64,000 nt of DNA from Heteronotia binoei (taxonomy: Eukaryota): the NCBI RefSeq assembly GCF_032191835.1, contig NC_083226.1:132308001-132372000 (forward strand), written 5' to 3'. The translations under genes were made by a program, and so were the position numbers. Each line of letters starts with the position of its first letter. Positions within the stretch are counted from its first letter, which is position 1. Under the pieces are notes generated by a model, which worked only from the letters and a program-made list of their open reading frames with translations, was not told where the DNA came from and did no database searches. Positions 49,667 through 63,164 of this stretch are shown one piece after another.

Positions 49667-50754
49667 GTATGCTTAAAATGTTAAATTTCTGACAAAATAT
49701 GAATAAATAAAAGATAAACTTGGTCAGACAAATACTAGCTTTTTAAAAAAAAAAATCTCCATTGCTAATTCTGGCATGGTTTATACATAATGGCAAACTG
49801 TGATCTCCTGCTACCTAATTAAGATTGGTGATTCCTTGTGCTAGAACACTCATCAAGCAAAAGAAAATATTCTTCTCTCCTTTCTCTGTTCACATATGGT
49901 GGTTTTTTTGCAGCAAAAGTTTACCATTATGTCAAGCTCCATACTTTTCATGTTCCCTGCAAACTAGGAATATTCAAGGGGTAGAGTAATCTTGGTCTGC
50001 AGGCAGACTTTAGTTACACTGTCCTTGGGACTGTTTCATGACATCTGTGATATCCACAGGCAATATACAGTATGTTGGAGACAATCAGGAAGCTATATTA
50101 CTGATGTGATCTCACTATTAATGCTGGTGCTAGCAAGAGAAAAAATGGGCCAGAAAACTATTAAAAGTACGACCAAGAGTACATGCATAGGGACATCACT
50201 GTAAAATGCTATGTGCTTTATAGGCTAGAAACTGGTTGGAAAATTGTGATTCTGGGAAATCCAGGTTAAAATCTCCAGCTGCGTTTGGCAAACTGTTGCC
50301 TCTCATGTTATATCACAGATTTGCTTTGAGCACAAGGTGTGACAAATCTATCACAGAAACATGAATTGCTTAAGTGCTAAATCCTGTCTATCCTTTTTCT
50401 TGCTTAGCAATAAATGCTTTGCCTAGCAAAAAATACTTGTTATTCTACTCTTTTATTATTATTATGCAATCAATATATTATAACAGATCTATTGACAATA
50501 ATTTACATTCAAAATACTTTACGCATGTTTGCACCTTTGAAAAAACCAATAGTGTGAATTGTACAGGCACTGTATTATTAAGAGCACTTCTTATGAATAA
50601 CCACACTATATTTTATGTAAAATAAAAAAAAATTCTTGTGATTTCCAAGAATGATGTGCTGCTTTGTCAACCCTCTGATTTAAAAATGGAATTATTCTTC
50701 AATTCTAAGAAAACTTCAGTGACTCATATATACTTGCATAATTGTGCACTGTTT

Positions 50755-50940
50755 AAGAACTTAAGAGAAGCCACGTTGAATAAGGCCAATGTCCCGTCCA
50801 GTCCAACACTCTGTCACACAGTGGCCAAAAAAAACAGGTGCCATCAGGAGGTCTACCAGTGGGGACAGAACACTAGAAGCCCTTCCACTGTTGCTCCCCC
50901 AAGCACCAAGAATACAGAGCATCACTTGCCCCAGACAAAG
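50755..50940 (-). mobile_element. CR1 3' tail fragment
   Basis: Same tail family as 55300-55560, reversed. Confidence 0.75.
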
Positions 50941-51057
50941 AGTTTACTTTATACATCTAAGTTTCCTGGATAAAATTAGAATAGAAAGTATAGCAAAACC
51001 TCAAGTGAAATAAATAAAAAATGACATTTATGGAACAATTTTTGTTTTGTTTCTCAG

Positions 51058-51115
51058 GTCAGATTACTTTTATTCAGGATGTTGGAAGGCTCCCTTTAAA
51101 GAAACACTTCGGAAG
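51058..51115 (+). CDS. RAD17: RAD17 exon (58 nt)
   Basis: GQITFIQDVGRLPLKKHFGR. Confidence 0.95.
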
Positions 51116-51519
51116 GTGAATGTGTTAATATTGTTTTCTCAAAATGTTTTATAAAAGGAAAATGCCTGCTATGCCTCTTTTGCAAAACTGTGTCTGTCTT
51201 ACTTTACTATTAGTACTATTACGTCACTATTAGAATGTGATTTCATAAAACTTAGCATAATCACTCTTATGTCAAGATTACTGTGTATTCTGTAAAAATA
51301 CTGTTTTCATCAACAAGTGTGAAATCTTTGTAGCCAGCCACATCATTGAGAGTTCAAGGCAGCTATCAAAAGCATTAAATACCCACTGTGTCACATTGCA
51401 AAATGTGGACTTATTTTTTCCCAGTCTTTATGCAAAGTATATAAAATGTCTTGTGTTCTTCTCCATCCTTCTAAGCTTTCTAGATGGACTGTACCATTGA
51501 ACTTTTAATTATCTTAAAG

Positions 51520-52448
51520 CAGAGGTGTCAAACTTATGGCCTGTGGGCCGCACATGGCCCACCCAGGGCTTTAATCAGGCCTGAGGCTCTTTTCTCCTCC
51601 CCCCCCCCTTGTCCCTTACCCTTTGAAGCTCTGAAACTGCTGAAGTTCCCAGCTCCTTCTGCCTTGTCTTCACCTGCTTCAGCAGGAAGCTCTTCTGGAC
51701 TTGCAAATCTGCAAAGAAAATGCGGAATGGATTTTCCATTAAGGTCTCTGTGCCCAGATAGACTGCTCTGGGATTAGTCTTTCTGGGCCTAGAGACCTTA
51801 ATGGAAAATCCATTCCCTGTGTTTCCTTGCAGATTTGTGCTGCAATATATTTCAGTGGAGTGGAGCTCAAAGTAGTTTCACTTTCAGTGTTTGTATGGCC
51901 AGTTGAAGCTTTGGCTTGCTGAAGTGGTCTTCTTCCATATAAAGGCTTGATGCTTTGAGCCAGCTTGTCTCTGCTGAATGAACTTGGGAACTATTGCCTA
52001 ATGAGTACTCTAACTTGAGAACCCACAGCCAAAGTGGGATATTACACTGGAGAACCATTGCCAATCTGAGTAGACTTTTTTTTGTGGGGAGGTGGAAAGA
52101 AGCTTGCAATGCCCAGCCATTTCATGTTTTTCAAACTCAGATCATTTTATATTTTTAGTTTATATTTTTAGTTTCTGCTGTAATCGTGCTTTTTCTTGAT
52201 GTTTTATTTTTAAAAATCACATTGCCAAATACCACTACATCCCTGCCTTTCACTTTTAAACAAAATATCTCATGAGTTTTAATTATGTTTCAGCAAAAAA
52301 TAATAATATCCTTAATTGTGGTTGTCTGTATCCTTTATAAAGTATCTCTGGTACTTGGCATTACATTTTATTACATGCATGGCCCAACCCCACAAAGTCC
52401 CATTTATGTCAGATCTAGCCCTTGTAACAAATGAGTATGACACTCCTG
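51520..52448. mobile_element. hAT-type MITE with long internal palindrome
   Basis: Termini CAGAGGTGTCAAAC / GTATGACACTCCTG. 26-bp perfect inverted arms at 51724-51749 and 51791-51816. Confidence 0.7.
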
Positions 52449-52984
52449 CTTTCAGGCATATTGGTCCACAACTACACACCTATCCCTGACCATGTTAGTT
52501 ATCTCCTGGGTAAGCTGGAGAGGTCCACTGCAGTTCCAGCTGGATTGCAATATACTTCCATTACATGCTCATTCACCTAGTACTGCTAAACCTTGATTCC
52601 TTACTGTGTTGTTTGCAAATTGGGTATATAGTATTTGTTTCCTTTTTTCTGTTGTGGCCTACACACAGTTAGGCAATTTTAAAAGCACTGTTCTACTGTG
52701 TTGTCGTAATTGGGGTGGAAAGAGTATGTTTCTGAGCACACATGCATAGCACCAAACTCTACCTGTAAAAAAAAAATCATGGCCATAGACTGTTCCCTAG
52801 AACCATAGTAAAATGAGTTGTCAGAACTGATGGGGAATTAAGTTTTTGTGTTGTAAAACTTAGTATGGAGAAAGAATTTATATACTTGAATAGTGTATCT
52901 TCCGGTTGCTTTAGAGATTCTGTGTTTGTACACAAGAGATAAGATACTATGCTTCTACAATGTGCTGCTATTGTTGTTTCATAG

Positions 52985-53252
52985 GTTGAAGCTTGAAACT
53001 CTTAGTGATAAAGTTTCTGCCATTCAGCTCTTGAACAGTGATGATGAAAGTGATTTTTCTTGGATGCAGTCCACAAATACGATGATCCAACTGGAGAAAA
53101 ACAGTATTCGTGAAAAGAATGAGTCAGATGAATGTCTTTCTGCCAGCCAGGCTTTTGGAAATGAACTGTCGTACAGCCAACCTCAGCCTGTGACAGCACA
53201 AGCAATCATGGAGGAAGATGAACTAAACATAGAGGAATATGATAGTGACTGA
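52985..53252 (+). CDS. RAD17: RAD17 last coding exon (TGA at 53250-53252)
   Basis: RLKLETLSDK...SQPQPVTAQAIMEEDELNIEEYDSD*, matching the acidic C-terminal tail. All exon phases join without frameshift. Confidence 0.93.
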
Positions 53253-53639
53253 ACTCTGGAAATGGCAACACCAATGCTGTTTATTATAATTTTAGTTGAA
53301 TATTTTATTTTGCTTATCCAGAAAAGACTGTGAAAGCTCTTGATGAGCTGTTACTGATTTGCCATTCTTTCACATTTATTCTTTACATGGTTAAACCATT
53401 GCATCTATCAGGATGTTGCTCCTCTGATTTTATTTGAGTCTACTATGAAAACCCCTAACTATGTTAAATGTAGTCCAAGATTTTGTTCCCCAGCCACATG
53501 GGTATGTATATTTAGGTACTGGATTTCTGTCTACCAGATATTTAGGGAATTGTCAATAGTTCTATTAAGATTTCATACACTTAGCTCTAATGTGAGGTTA
53601 CAGAATTTAAATTCTGGATTGTGTACTATTTAAGATGTA

Positions 53640-53813
53640 AATAAACACCTAAGTGTTCAATTTGTTAATAAATAGTACTGTATGCAATTATAGATTTTTT
53701 ATTAACACACATGTACAGTATTTTACATAAATGGTCTTTTAAAATGTTTTGCTAATTTGCAGGAGAATTGAAGTCTTTCAATAATATCTAATTGCTTGCA
53801 AACACTGAATAAA
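53640..53813 (+). terminator. Candidate RAD17 polyadenylation signals
   Basis: AATAAA at 53640-53645 and 53808-53813 in an AT-rich 3' UTR. Confidence 0.5.
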
Positions 53814-54074
53814 AGTATAAATGCTTCTAACATATCAGTTATACACAAATCTAAAGCTTTAACGCCAATTTAGTAGAGTTAGATGATTAACATGAAAAAA
53901 GGTAATTAATACTGTAAACATTGCTGTAAGAAAAAATCACATCACTAAAAATTTGCGCTAACAGGATTCTTAAGAGTGCAGTGTTCCTGTCAAAAGCAAT
54001 GTGGGCTTAGGGAAGCCAACAGTTTTTCTGGGAACATGTGATTAAAGGAAGAGACAAAGGGGACCCAATATATG

Positions 54075-54292
54075 AATATATGAAGCTGCCTTATACTGAA
54101 TCAGACCCTTGATCCATCAAAGTCAGTATTGTCTACTCAGACTGGTAGTGGCTCTCCAGGGTCTCAAGCTAAGGTTTTTTATGTCTACTTGCCTGGACCA
54201 TTTTTAGTTGGAGCTGCCGGGGATTGAACCTGGGAGTGGACCTTCTGCTTACTAAGCAAATGCTCTACCACTGAACCACCAACCGTCCCTTA
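54075..54292 (-). mobile_element. tRNA-derived SINE, second family
   Basis: Minus strand GGTTCAGTGGTAGAGCATTTGC...GGTTCAATCCCCGGCAGCTCC head. Same family as the split copy at 4590. Confidence 0.75.
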
Positions 54293-54294
54293 AC

Positions 54295-55560
54295 AATAGA
54301 TGTTATTTACCTTGACTTACAGAAAACTCCTTAGTAAGCTAGAGAGTCATGGGGTAAAAGGACAAGTCCTCTTGTGGATCAAAACTGGCTAATTGATAGG
54401 AAACAAAGTGAGTATAAGTGGGCAATTTTCACAGTGGAAGATGGTAAGCAGTGGGGTGCCACAGGGCTCAGTACTGGGTCAGATGCTTTTTAATTTGTTC
54501 ATTAATGATTTGGAGTTGGGAGTAAGCAGTGAAGTGGCTAAGTTTGTGGATGACACTAAATTGTTCAGGGTGGTGAGAACCAGAGAGGATTGTGAGGCAC
54601 TCCAAAGGGATTTGTCGAGGCTGGGTGACTGTGTGTCAACATGGCAAATGAGGTTCAGTGTGACCAAGTGCAAAATAATGCACATTGGAACCAAAAATCC
54701 TGACTATAAATACAAGTTGATGGGATGTGAACTGGCAAAGACTGACCAAGAGAGAGATCTTGGGGTTGTGGTAGATAACTCACTGAAAATGTCAAGACAG
54801 TGTGTGACTGCAATAAAATGCAAGACAGTGTGTGACTGCTATGCTGGGAATTATTAGGAAGAGAATTGAAAACAAATCAGCCAGTTTCATAATGCCACTG
54901 TATAAATCGATGGTGCGGCCTCATTGGGAATACTGTGTACAATTCTAGTCACTGCATTTCAAAAAAGATATAGCATTGGAAAAAGTCCAGAAAAGGGCAA
55001 CTAGAATGATTAAAAGGTTGGAACATTTTCCCTATGAAGAAAGGTTAAAACACTTGGGGCTCTTTAGCTTGGAGAAACATCGACTGAAGGGTGACATGAC
55101 AGAAGTTTACAAAATTATGCATGGGATAGAGAAGGTAGAGAAAGAAATCCTTTTCTCCCTTTCACACAATATGAGAACTTGTGGACATTCAATGAAATTG
55201 CTGGGCAGTCACATTAGAACTGATAAAAGGAAGTGCTTCTTCACCCACATGGTGATTAACACATGCCACAGGAAGTGGTGGCGACTGCAAGCATAGACAT
55301 CTTCAAGAGGGGATTGGATAAACATGGAGCAGAGGTCCATCAGTGGCTATTAGCCACAGCATATTGTTGGAATTCTCTGGGGCAGTGATGCTCTGTATTC
55401 TTGGTGCTCTCTGGGGGGGGGGGCACAGTGGGAGGGCTTCTAGTGTCCTGACCCCACTGATGGACCTTCTGATGATGCTTGTTTTTTTGGCCACTGTGTG
55501 ACAGGGTTTTCGACTGGATGGGCCATTGGCCTGATCCAACATGGCTTCTCTTGTGTTCTT
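54295..55560 (+). mobile_element. CR1 LINE 3' fragment
   Basis: SGVPQGSVLGQMLFNLFINDL, FVDDTKLF and CR1 tail. Confidence 0.9.
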
Positions 55561-55952
55561 ATAGTTTAAGTTTTTTAAAAAGCACATCCTCCCCCCACCC
55601 CCGGACTGGGAGGTTATAACAGCCCTTTAGGCCATACTCCCTCACTCTGCAGAATTAATAGAATGTGTCTTCATGGATTTTTTGGCCTTGAAACTGCTAA
55701 GGCTAATGGTCTGACCAGCACCTGTGGCATCTTCCCACCTTCTGAAGCAATATTCAGCTTGACCTCAGTTCTCAGTCAGAAAGAAGCTTCCATGACTTTT
55801 TGCGTAGGCTTCAGCTGCCCTGAACCATTGTTTGAATTGATAAAAGAGACTGCTAAAAGAGACCAGTCTTTTGACAAGCTACTATGTTCATGCTACTCCT
55901 CATAGTCTGTCCAAGCCTTACATGTAAGAACATAGGCACAGCAGTGTCTGAC

Positions 55953-56235
55953 TTTGAAGAAGATATTGGATTTATATCCTGCTCTCCACTCAGAGTCTCA
56001 GAACAGCTCACAATCTCCTTTATCTTCTTCCCCCACAACAGACACCCTGTGAGGTGGGTGGGGCTGAGAGGACTCTCACAGCAGCTGCCCTTTCAAGGAC
56101 AACCTCTGCCAGAGCTATGGCTAACCCAAGGCTATTCCAGCAGGTGCAAGTGAAGGAATGCGGAATCAAACACGATTTTCCCAGATAAGAGTCTGCACAC
56201 TTAACCACTACACCAACCGGCTCACCAAACTGGCC
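55953..56235 (-). mobile_element. tRNA-derived SINE
   Basis: Reverse complement of the family at 28608. Confidence 0.85.
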
Positions 56236-56499
56236 TTGGGTTAGCCATTTGCTCTGCCAGGGTGGTGCATGGGCACTGTAATACCCATCTTCACCTTGCA
56301 AGAAGCATGGAAACAGTATTGTCTGTCTTGTCAGTCCAAATGTGGTGAGGCCAGGTGAGATGGAAGGTAAAGAGCCCTCAATCAAAAGGAGAAAGAGGTG
56401 GGCTTTGGTGATAACGCCTTCTCAAGATTTTTAAATTTCTAGTGTGCCATTCCTAACCCTCTATTAAAACTATTCAAACCCAATTGCTTTAGCCACTCA

Positions 56500-57250
56500 G
56501 ATCCCTATAGTTGACTGGCTGCCGCCAGCAGGGGTTCTAAGCGCCTGCAAGGTTGGGGGAAATTAGATCAAAGTTTCTGAGGCGGGGCGGAGGCACTTTC
56601 AGCAGAGAAAGTCTCGAGCGGAAGCAGCGGCATCTTTTTTCAGTCGGAGGGGGCGGTTCGGCAGGTGAGTCTCTACCTGTAGAGGGCGGGTGGGCGAGAT
56701 GAAGGCCTATCTAAGCACACAACTTGTGGAAGAGACGTTTATCGCCGGCAGGAAAAACCCTGCTGGGGGACTCTGCCTATTCCATAGGACGGCTTTCCTG
56801 CCGCCATTCCCTGGATATTTCATTTCATTTCATTTTGCCCTACCCCATTTCCTGAGCCGAGCTGAGACTGACGGACAGGAAGACTTCGTCCTGAACCAGC
56901 GCGGGCAAGGTTCACCTGGGTGAGAGCGAATCCTGCCCTTTTGTTTCGTACGGGGCGCCCGAAAGTGCGGCTTCCTCTCCGCTTCCTGAGGGAGGTGCCT
57001 GTCCGGGCATGGGGAAGAGAAGCGGGAAGGAAGCAAAGGGAGGGGGGAGAAATCTGGGCGTCCTTCTGCCTCCCGAAAAGGCCCGGGATTTGTAGTCTGG
57101 GACCCTAAATTTCCGCGAGGTATTTTGAGGTCTCTTTCTCCTTGACGGTATATCGGTAGCAAGTGCGTTTGCGACAAAGTTGCTGCCTTGTGTAGGAGAA
57201 GAAGTTACGGGGGAGCGGGCACTGTTTGTTTATTTGTGGCTTTTTTTTTT
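56500..57250 (+). promoter_or_regulatory. MARVELD2: MARVELD2 CpG-rich promoter and non-coding first exon(s)
   Basis: CpG-rich island with GC box GGGGCGG (56584-56590). Donors GCAG|GTGAGT (56664/56665) and CTGG|GTGAGA (56919/56920). Confidence 0.7.
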
Positions 57251-57621
57251 TTCTTTGCACGTCTGAATGCTGATTCAGTGCCAAAACAAAATCTTGTGAT
57301 TACTGGAAAAATCAGCCTCTGATACTGGGAATATGTAGGGCAAAGTGGAATTTACTGGTTGTTGAGGAAAAGGCAGTCTGTAAACGCTTTCCTTTTTGTT
57401 GCTGGGGGGGTGGGAGTGGGAATCTGGAATTGGACTATAAAAAGTTTTGTTTGGTTTAAACGTTTAGGCTTGGAGGCTGAAATCTTGGTTTTTTCTTTGT
57501 CGTTATGCTTGATTTTTTTTTCCTCTCCCCACCCTTGCCATTTGGCAGAAACCATACAAGGAACAGTAGTTTTCTATCTTACATTTTATTTTAATTTCTG
57601 AAACAGGGGGAGAGGTTGCAA

Positions 57622-58767
57622 ATGTCTTCAAGGAACACATCAGCTGAACGCAGACCAGGGCACCATGGTAGATCTGTTCATTATGATGAAGTGTATGTTG
57701 ATTCCCCTTCACAAGAAGATGCTGAAACAGATTTTCAGGATAGTGAACAAATACTGAATGGCGCTTCCTTTCCTCCACCACCTCTTCCATTGCAACCCCC
57801 GTTTGGACCTGAATTTTATCCAAGTGATAGTGAAGAACCAGCTGAGGTCTCTGATCTCAAACCAGTGAGAAAATTTGTTCCAGATTCGTGGAAGAACTTT
57901 TTCAAAGGGAAAAAAAATGACCCTGAATGGAATAAACCAGTATCTGCAATTTCTGATGGAGTTGAATGCTCTCCACCCTCATCACCCACACTTACTCCAA
58001 AGCAACCAGAACAAGCTTCAGTTCCTAGCTCTTATCAAGATCCATATGGAGGATCAGGGGGAACCTACAATTCACGCAAAGAAGCTGAAGCCATGATTCC
58101 ACATGATCTTTATGGATCTTTGGGGCGGCAAACTCAAACAGCTCTGACTTACAGTGAGAAAGTTGAAGCTTATAATCTGAGATACTCTTACATGAAATCA
58201 TGGGCAGGGCTGCTCAGAATCCTGGGTGTTGTTGAACTACTCTTAGGGGCAGCTGTGTTTGCTTGTGTCACAGCTTATATTCACAAAGACAATGAATGGT
58301 ACAATGCCTATGGCTTGTCGCAGTCGTATGGCTATGGGACAAGCAGCATGTATGGAGGCTACTATTACAGTGGACCTAAAACACCCTTTGTTCTTGTTGT
58401 AGCGGGACTTGCTTGGATTGTGACTATTATTCTTCTGGCACTTGGCATGTCAATGTACTATAGGACCATTCTCCTAGATTCCCACTGGTGGCCATTAACT
58501 GAATTTGGGATCAATGTTGCATTGTTTATTCTGTACATGTCAGCAGCTATAGTATATGTAAATGATGCTAATAGAGGAGGACTCTGCTACTACCCATTAT
58601 TTAACACACCAATGAATGCATCATTTTGCCGTATAGAAGGAGGACAGACAGCAGGAATTATTTTCCTATTTGTAACAACAATTATTTATCTTATTGGTGC
58701 AATTATTTGCCTAAAACTGTGGAGACATGAAAGTGCACGAAAACACAGGCAGTTTTTGGAACAAGAG
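57622..58767 (+). CDS. MARVELD2: Tricellulin (MARVEL domain-containing protein 2), first coding exon (1146 nt)
   Basis: PPPPLPLQPPFGPEFYPSD, PVRKFVPDSWKNFF, MARVEL helices YMKSWAGLLRILGVVELLLG. Acceptor ACAG| at 57606 and donor GAG|GTAAGT. Confidence 0.96.
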
Positions 58768-59789
58768 GTAAGTTTCAGAATATCCTATTTGTGATCCAAG
58801 ACTCAAACTGAAAATTACTGCCATTCATTCACTTATTTTCTTGGGTTTCTCTCCTCAAATAATACACACTTATCAGATTATTTAGGATCTATATATATCA
58901 TCAATTAACATTGGTATAATCACTGATGTTCAGTTGTGTGTAGTCTTGGCACTAGGTATTATTACTAGCATACTTGCAGCAAGTATTGTAGTTAAGTGAG
59001 GATCATATATTCACTCTCCTTTTGTGGACATGCATCTTTGTGCTATCAACCAGATATGGAAGTTTGCTCACCACAGAATAAGTAAAGTCCAGAGTTATCT
59101 TGCAGGCCCAATACATAGTTTTGGTTGGTGTCAATATGTGTTTGACAAGTGAGGAAAACCCACTGAGCCTTACTTGCATTATAAAAGGTTTCTGGTAAAT
59201 TGGAATGCTTGATTGTGCTAGTCTCCCTATCCCTGTTTTGAGTGAACTGTTTTTCATGATGTGAATGACTTTTTTAACTTGCCATTTTTCTTTCCAGTTA
59301 TGTGAGTATCAGGCTTTGTGCACCATCATTATTCCACTTCTAGCAGTAGTAACTGTTGTCATGCCTCACCCTGTTGTTGGGGGGGGGGAGTAGTGCGGTC
59401 AGCCAGACTGAAGACTGGGAGGCAAGGGCCAACCAGGGAGGACTGCTGTTGGGTAGAGTCAGGTGGCTTGGTGACCTGCCTCTCTGCCCTCTTGTCCATT
59501 GGCCCAGCTGGTGGGTGTCCCACTGAAATGCTTCTGGGGGAGAATGAAAGCACTGGCTCTCCATCAGGTCAGAGGGTGGAACCATTTTAAGGGCTGTTTT
59601 GGTCACCCAGTTTGCTTGCTGGATTACCATGAGGTGCCCTAGCAATTGTTTGCTGCCATAAATATTACTATAGATGTTTATTCAATGCTTTGGTATTGGG
59701 ATATGAAAATGTAAGGTTTTGTTGACAAATACTGTAACACCTAAAACTGTATACTACTTTTATCTAAAACTCTATATTCTATACTACTT

Positions 59790-60052
59790 GAGAGCCAATT
59801 TGGTGTTGTGGTTAAGTGCATGGACTCTAATCTGGGATAAGCAGTTTTGATTCCCCACTCCTTCACATAAAGCCAGCTAGGTGACCTTGGGTCAGTCCCA
59901 GTTCTCTCAAAGCTGTTCTCTCAAGAGCAGTTATCTGAGAGGTCTCTCAGCCCTACCTACCTCACAAGGTGTCTGTTGTGGGAAGAGGAAGGGAATAAGA
60001 TTGTAAATTGCTCTGAGTTAAGGGGAGGGTATAAATCCAATCTCTTCTTCTT
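59790..60052 (+). mobile_element. tRNA-derived SINE
   Basis: Same family as 28608. Confidence 0.8.
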
Positions 60053-60317
60053 TTAAAAAGTGAAAGATTTTGAGGATTTGAAAGATGCGTTGGAATCCAA
60101 CACCAAAATTTGGATTTGTGTTACGTGTTCAAAAATTACATGAACATAACCAAGATTTATTTCCTTATTCATCAGTACTAATAATTATCTGATTCCTCAT
60201 CTTATTAACTCAATACAGATAATCTTTTTAGAATTGCAATTTCATATATATTACATTTCAAGAACATTTGCTTTTGTATTGTACATGCTTAATGTTGATA
60301 TTTTATTTTTTTATTAG

Positions 60318-60350
60318 ATGAAGACAAAATCTTTCCAACCCAAAAGAATG
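60318..60350 (+). CDS. MARVELD2: Tricellulin short exon (33 nt)
   Basis: MKTKSFQPKRM. Strong TTTTTTATTAG| acceptor and |GTAAGA donor, phase 0. Confidence 0.75.
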
Positions 60351-61828
60351 GTAAGAATAGCATGTGTGTTTTCTTATATGCATATTCATAAATATATATG
60401 CAAAAATATATGAAGCTTATGAAGTCTGAGAAACCTTAGTTTCAGAATAACTGGGAAAACATGGGAAAGGTTTACATTCATAGAAAGTTTACACGCATAG
60501 CTTTTTCCAGTAGGAATCTACAAATTTGGTTTGACTTCCACCAACTATTCCTCTCAGAATATTTTCTCTCCCTCATGTTGTGCTTTTGCAGAAGTGGCAC
60601 CTCATCCTTGCTTATACTTCTGCAAAAGTCCAACTAAGTGAGAGAAAACATTCCTCCTGACCAACAAGGGGAGCTTGAGGAATGAGAGCTGATAAAGTAT
60701 CTCTCTTCTTGCTGGGCTTGAACAGGAAGTGCCAGCAGTGCCTGGCTGCTAATGCCATTTCCATCAGTGCCCCAGTGAGTAGGGGTTCTTTGTGCTGGGC
60801 ATCTAGAAAAAGCTGCAGTGCGAGCTGACAAAAAGGAGCCATGCTAAAGGATTTGTGAAATTCTGCTCTACAACTTATTGGTCAGTTATCCACTGCCATC
60901 TAGTAGTTGGTGAAAACTTTTTGATAGTTGGGTGGATCCTACCTTTTTCCTACCACTCCTCTGAGCAAAGTTTACCAATTTATTACAATATGCAACAATT
61001 TATTAAAATATTTATTTCCCCACCTTTCCTTCTGGCTTAAGTTCAAAGTCATCCGCCTGTATAAAGAGTCTTCCTCCAACTTGAGTGGCTTTTCAGTTGG
61101 AGGAAGGCTACTTAAAGGATTGTTGAATCTACCCCAGAATACTGTAGCACATGTACATCATGCCAGTATGATAAGAAGTATATGCAGAAAGTTGTTAACT
61201 GTTACTCTGGTGTCAATATTTTATCCACTTTCATTAATCTTTTCTGTTATCTGCAGAAGAAATCTACAAAAGAGAATAATGTCATCTTATTTAATTTTAT
61301 ATGTTGGACTTTGTCATCTTTGTAGATGTTAATTATTTAACTTTAGCATTATAAAAGTTATTGCTTAGGCTTTCACAGCAGCCTGATAGTCCCTTGTGGA
61401 ATCCATAATCCAAGTGTCAACTAAATATTTTTTGCATTTACCCATATGGAGCTGGATGCAGCAGGAGCTTGTTGAAGTTGTGGGGCAATTTCACCGATCT
61501 TCCCTCTTTACTGCAGTTTCAGAGAAGAACTTTAGTATGCGTACTAAGATGCTGAGTGGGGGAGATGGTGAGAGACAATGAAAGCTTTGCTCCACCAACT
61601 TGTTCCTTAGGTTTTCTGTGAGATTTCACTCAGAGTTCTTTCTGTTTTCTTCCCCCACTATCATAGTTACTCTTTCAATAAACCTTTTATTTACATTATG
61701 TTTAGAGTGTAACATCTTCTATACAATAATTCCATTACATCTGTGTTTTCCATACTATCAAATTAATGTAACTTAAGAAGTGTTAAATATGCCAGTCATT
61801 ATAGTAGTGGCTGGCCTGTGTGGATAAT

Positions 61829-62125
61829 AAAGGTAAAGGTAGTTTCCTGTGCAAGCACCTGTCATTTTCTCTGGGGTGACATCGCAGCATGATGTTTTCA
61901 CAGCAGACTTTTTACAGGGTGGTTTGCCATTGCCTTCTTCAGTCATCTATGCTCCCCCCCCCACCCCAACAAGCTATGGTACTCATTTTACTGTCCTCGG
62001 AAGGATGGAAGGCTGAGTCAATCTTGAGCTGGCTACCTGAACCCAGCTTCTGTCAGGATCGAACTCAGGTCGTGAGCAGTTTGGACTGCAATACTGCAGC
62101 TTACCACTGTGTACCACAGGGCTCC
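61829..62125 (-). mobile_element. Sauria-type SINE
   Basis: AAAGGTAAAGGT end and GGAAGGATGGAAGGCTGAGTCAATCTTGAG core recalled as typical of Sauria SINE. Confidence 0.75.
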
Positions 62126-62409
62126 TGTGTGGCTAATACCACAAGTATAATAGGGTCTCCTGCAAACAATGGTGAGGTTTCTGCATGCTTGGAAAATCCT
62201 CAGGTGTGCACCCAAAGACCATCTGTTCCTCATGGCCTGACAAGGATTGAAAATGCTTTATAAGCAATGGAATGTTGACAGCAAATGAAAAAATGGAGAG
62301 AAAAATCATCCTGCTCAAGGTCATAAGAGCATATAGAATGTATGCGTGTGTTGGGGGGGGGATGTTAAATGGTATCTTCCCCTTTCCAGCCATGATTCCT
62401 TGGTGGCCT

Positions 62410-62660
62410 ACAGTTTGGTATAGTAGTTAAGTGCACAGACTCTAATCTGGGAGAACTGAGTTTGATTCCCTACTTCACATGCAGCTGCTGATGTGACCTT
62501 GAGTCAGTCACAAGTTCTCACAGAGCTGTACTCTGCAGAACAGTTCTTGAAAGAGCTCTCTCAGCCCTACCTACTTCACAGGGGGAAGGGACTGGAAAGG
62601 AGACTGTAAACTACTCTGAGTGAAGGGTGGGATATAAATCTTGTTTTCTCTTCTCTTCTA
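62410..62660 (+). mobile_element. tRNA-derived SINE
   Basis: Same family as 28608. Confidence 0.8.
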
Positions 62661-63024
62661 CAGTTTGTATATTCCTGATTTTTTTTTTTTGGTCAAGTTG
62701 TTAGTTGGTGGAAACCACTCGGTGTGCCTCTTGGGTATTGGTGTATGGCAGAGAATAGTGAAGAGCCACCAAAATGTTCTTTCTCATAATTTGTGGAAGG
62801 TTAATATACTATTAATGCTGGTATTCTTGCATAATGCTGCTTAGTAGTTTCATCATCAATCCATTATTGTTTTATTACCCATTATTTGGTCCTTTATTAA
62901 TCCATTATTGTTTTGGAGATCAGCGGTTTGGAAATCATACATGAATTTCTGTCCATTAGCTATGTTGAGCAAAGCTATTTTAAAAATATATTGTGTTAAG
63001 ACCAAGCTTGATATTTTCATTTAG

Positions 63025-63164
63025 CATGAAGAGGAAGGCAATAGTCCCAAAGAAGCAAAAAACCAAAAGAAAAGTAAACCTTTGGAAATGAAACCTGAAC
63101 TGCTCAATGGCCATATACCAGTGGGACATATTCCCAAGCCTATAGTGATGCCAGATTACTTAGC
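63025..63164 (+). CDS. MARVELD2: Tricellulin exon (140 nt; gene continues beyond window)
   Basis: HEEEG...MKPELLNGHIPVGHIPKPIVMPDYLA with AG/GT boundaries. Confidence 0.93.
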
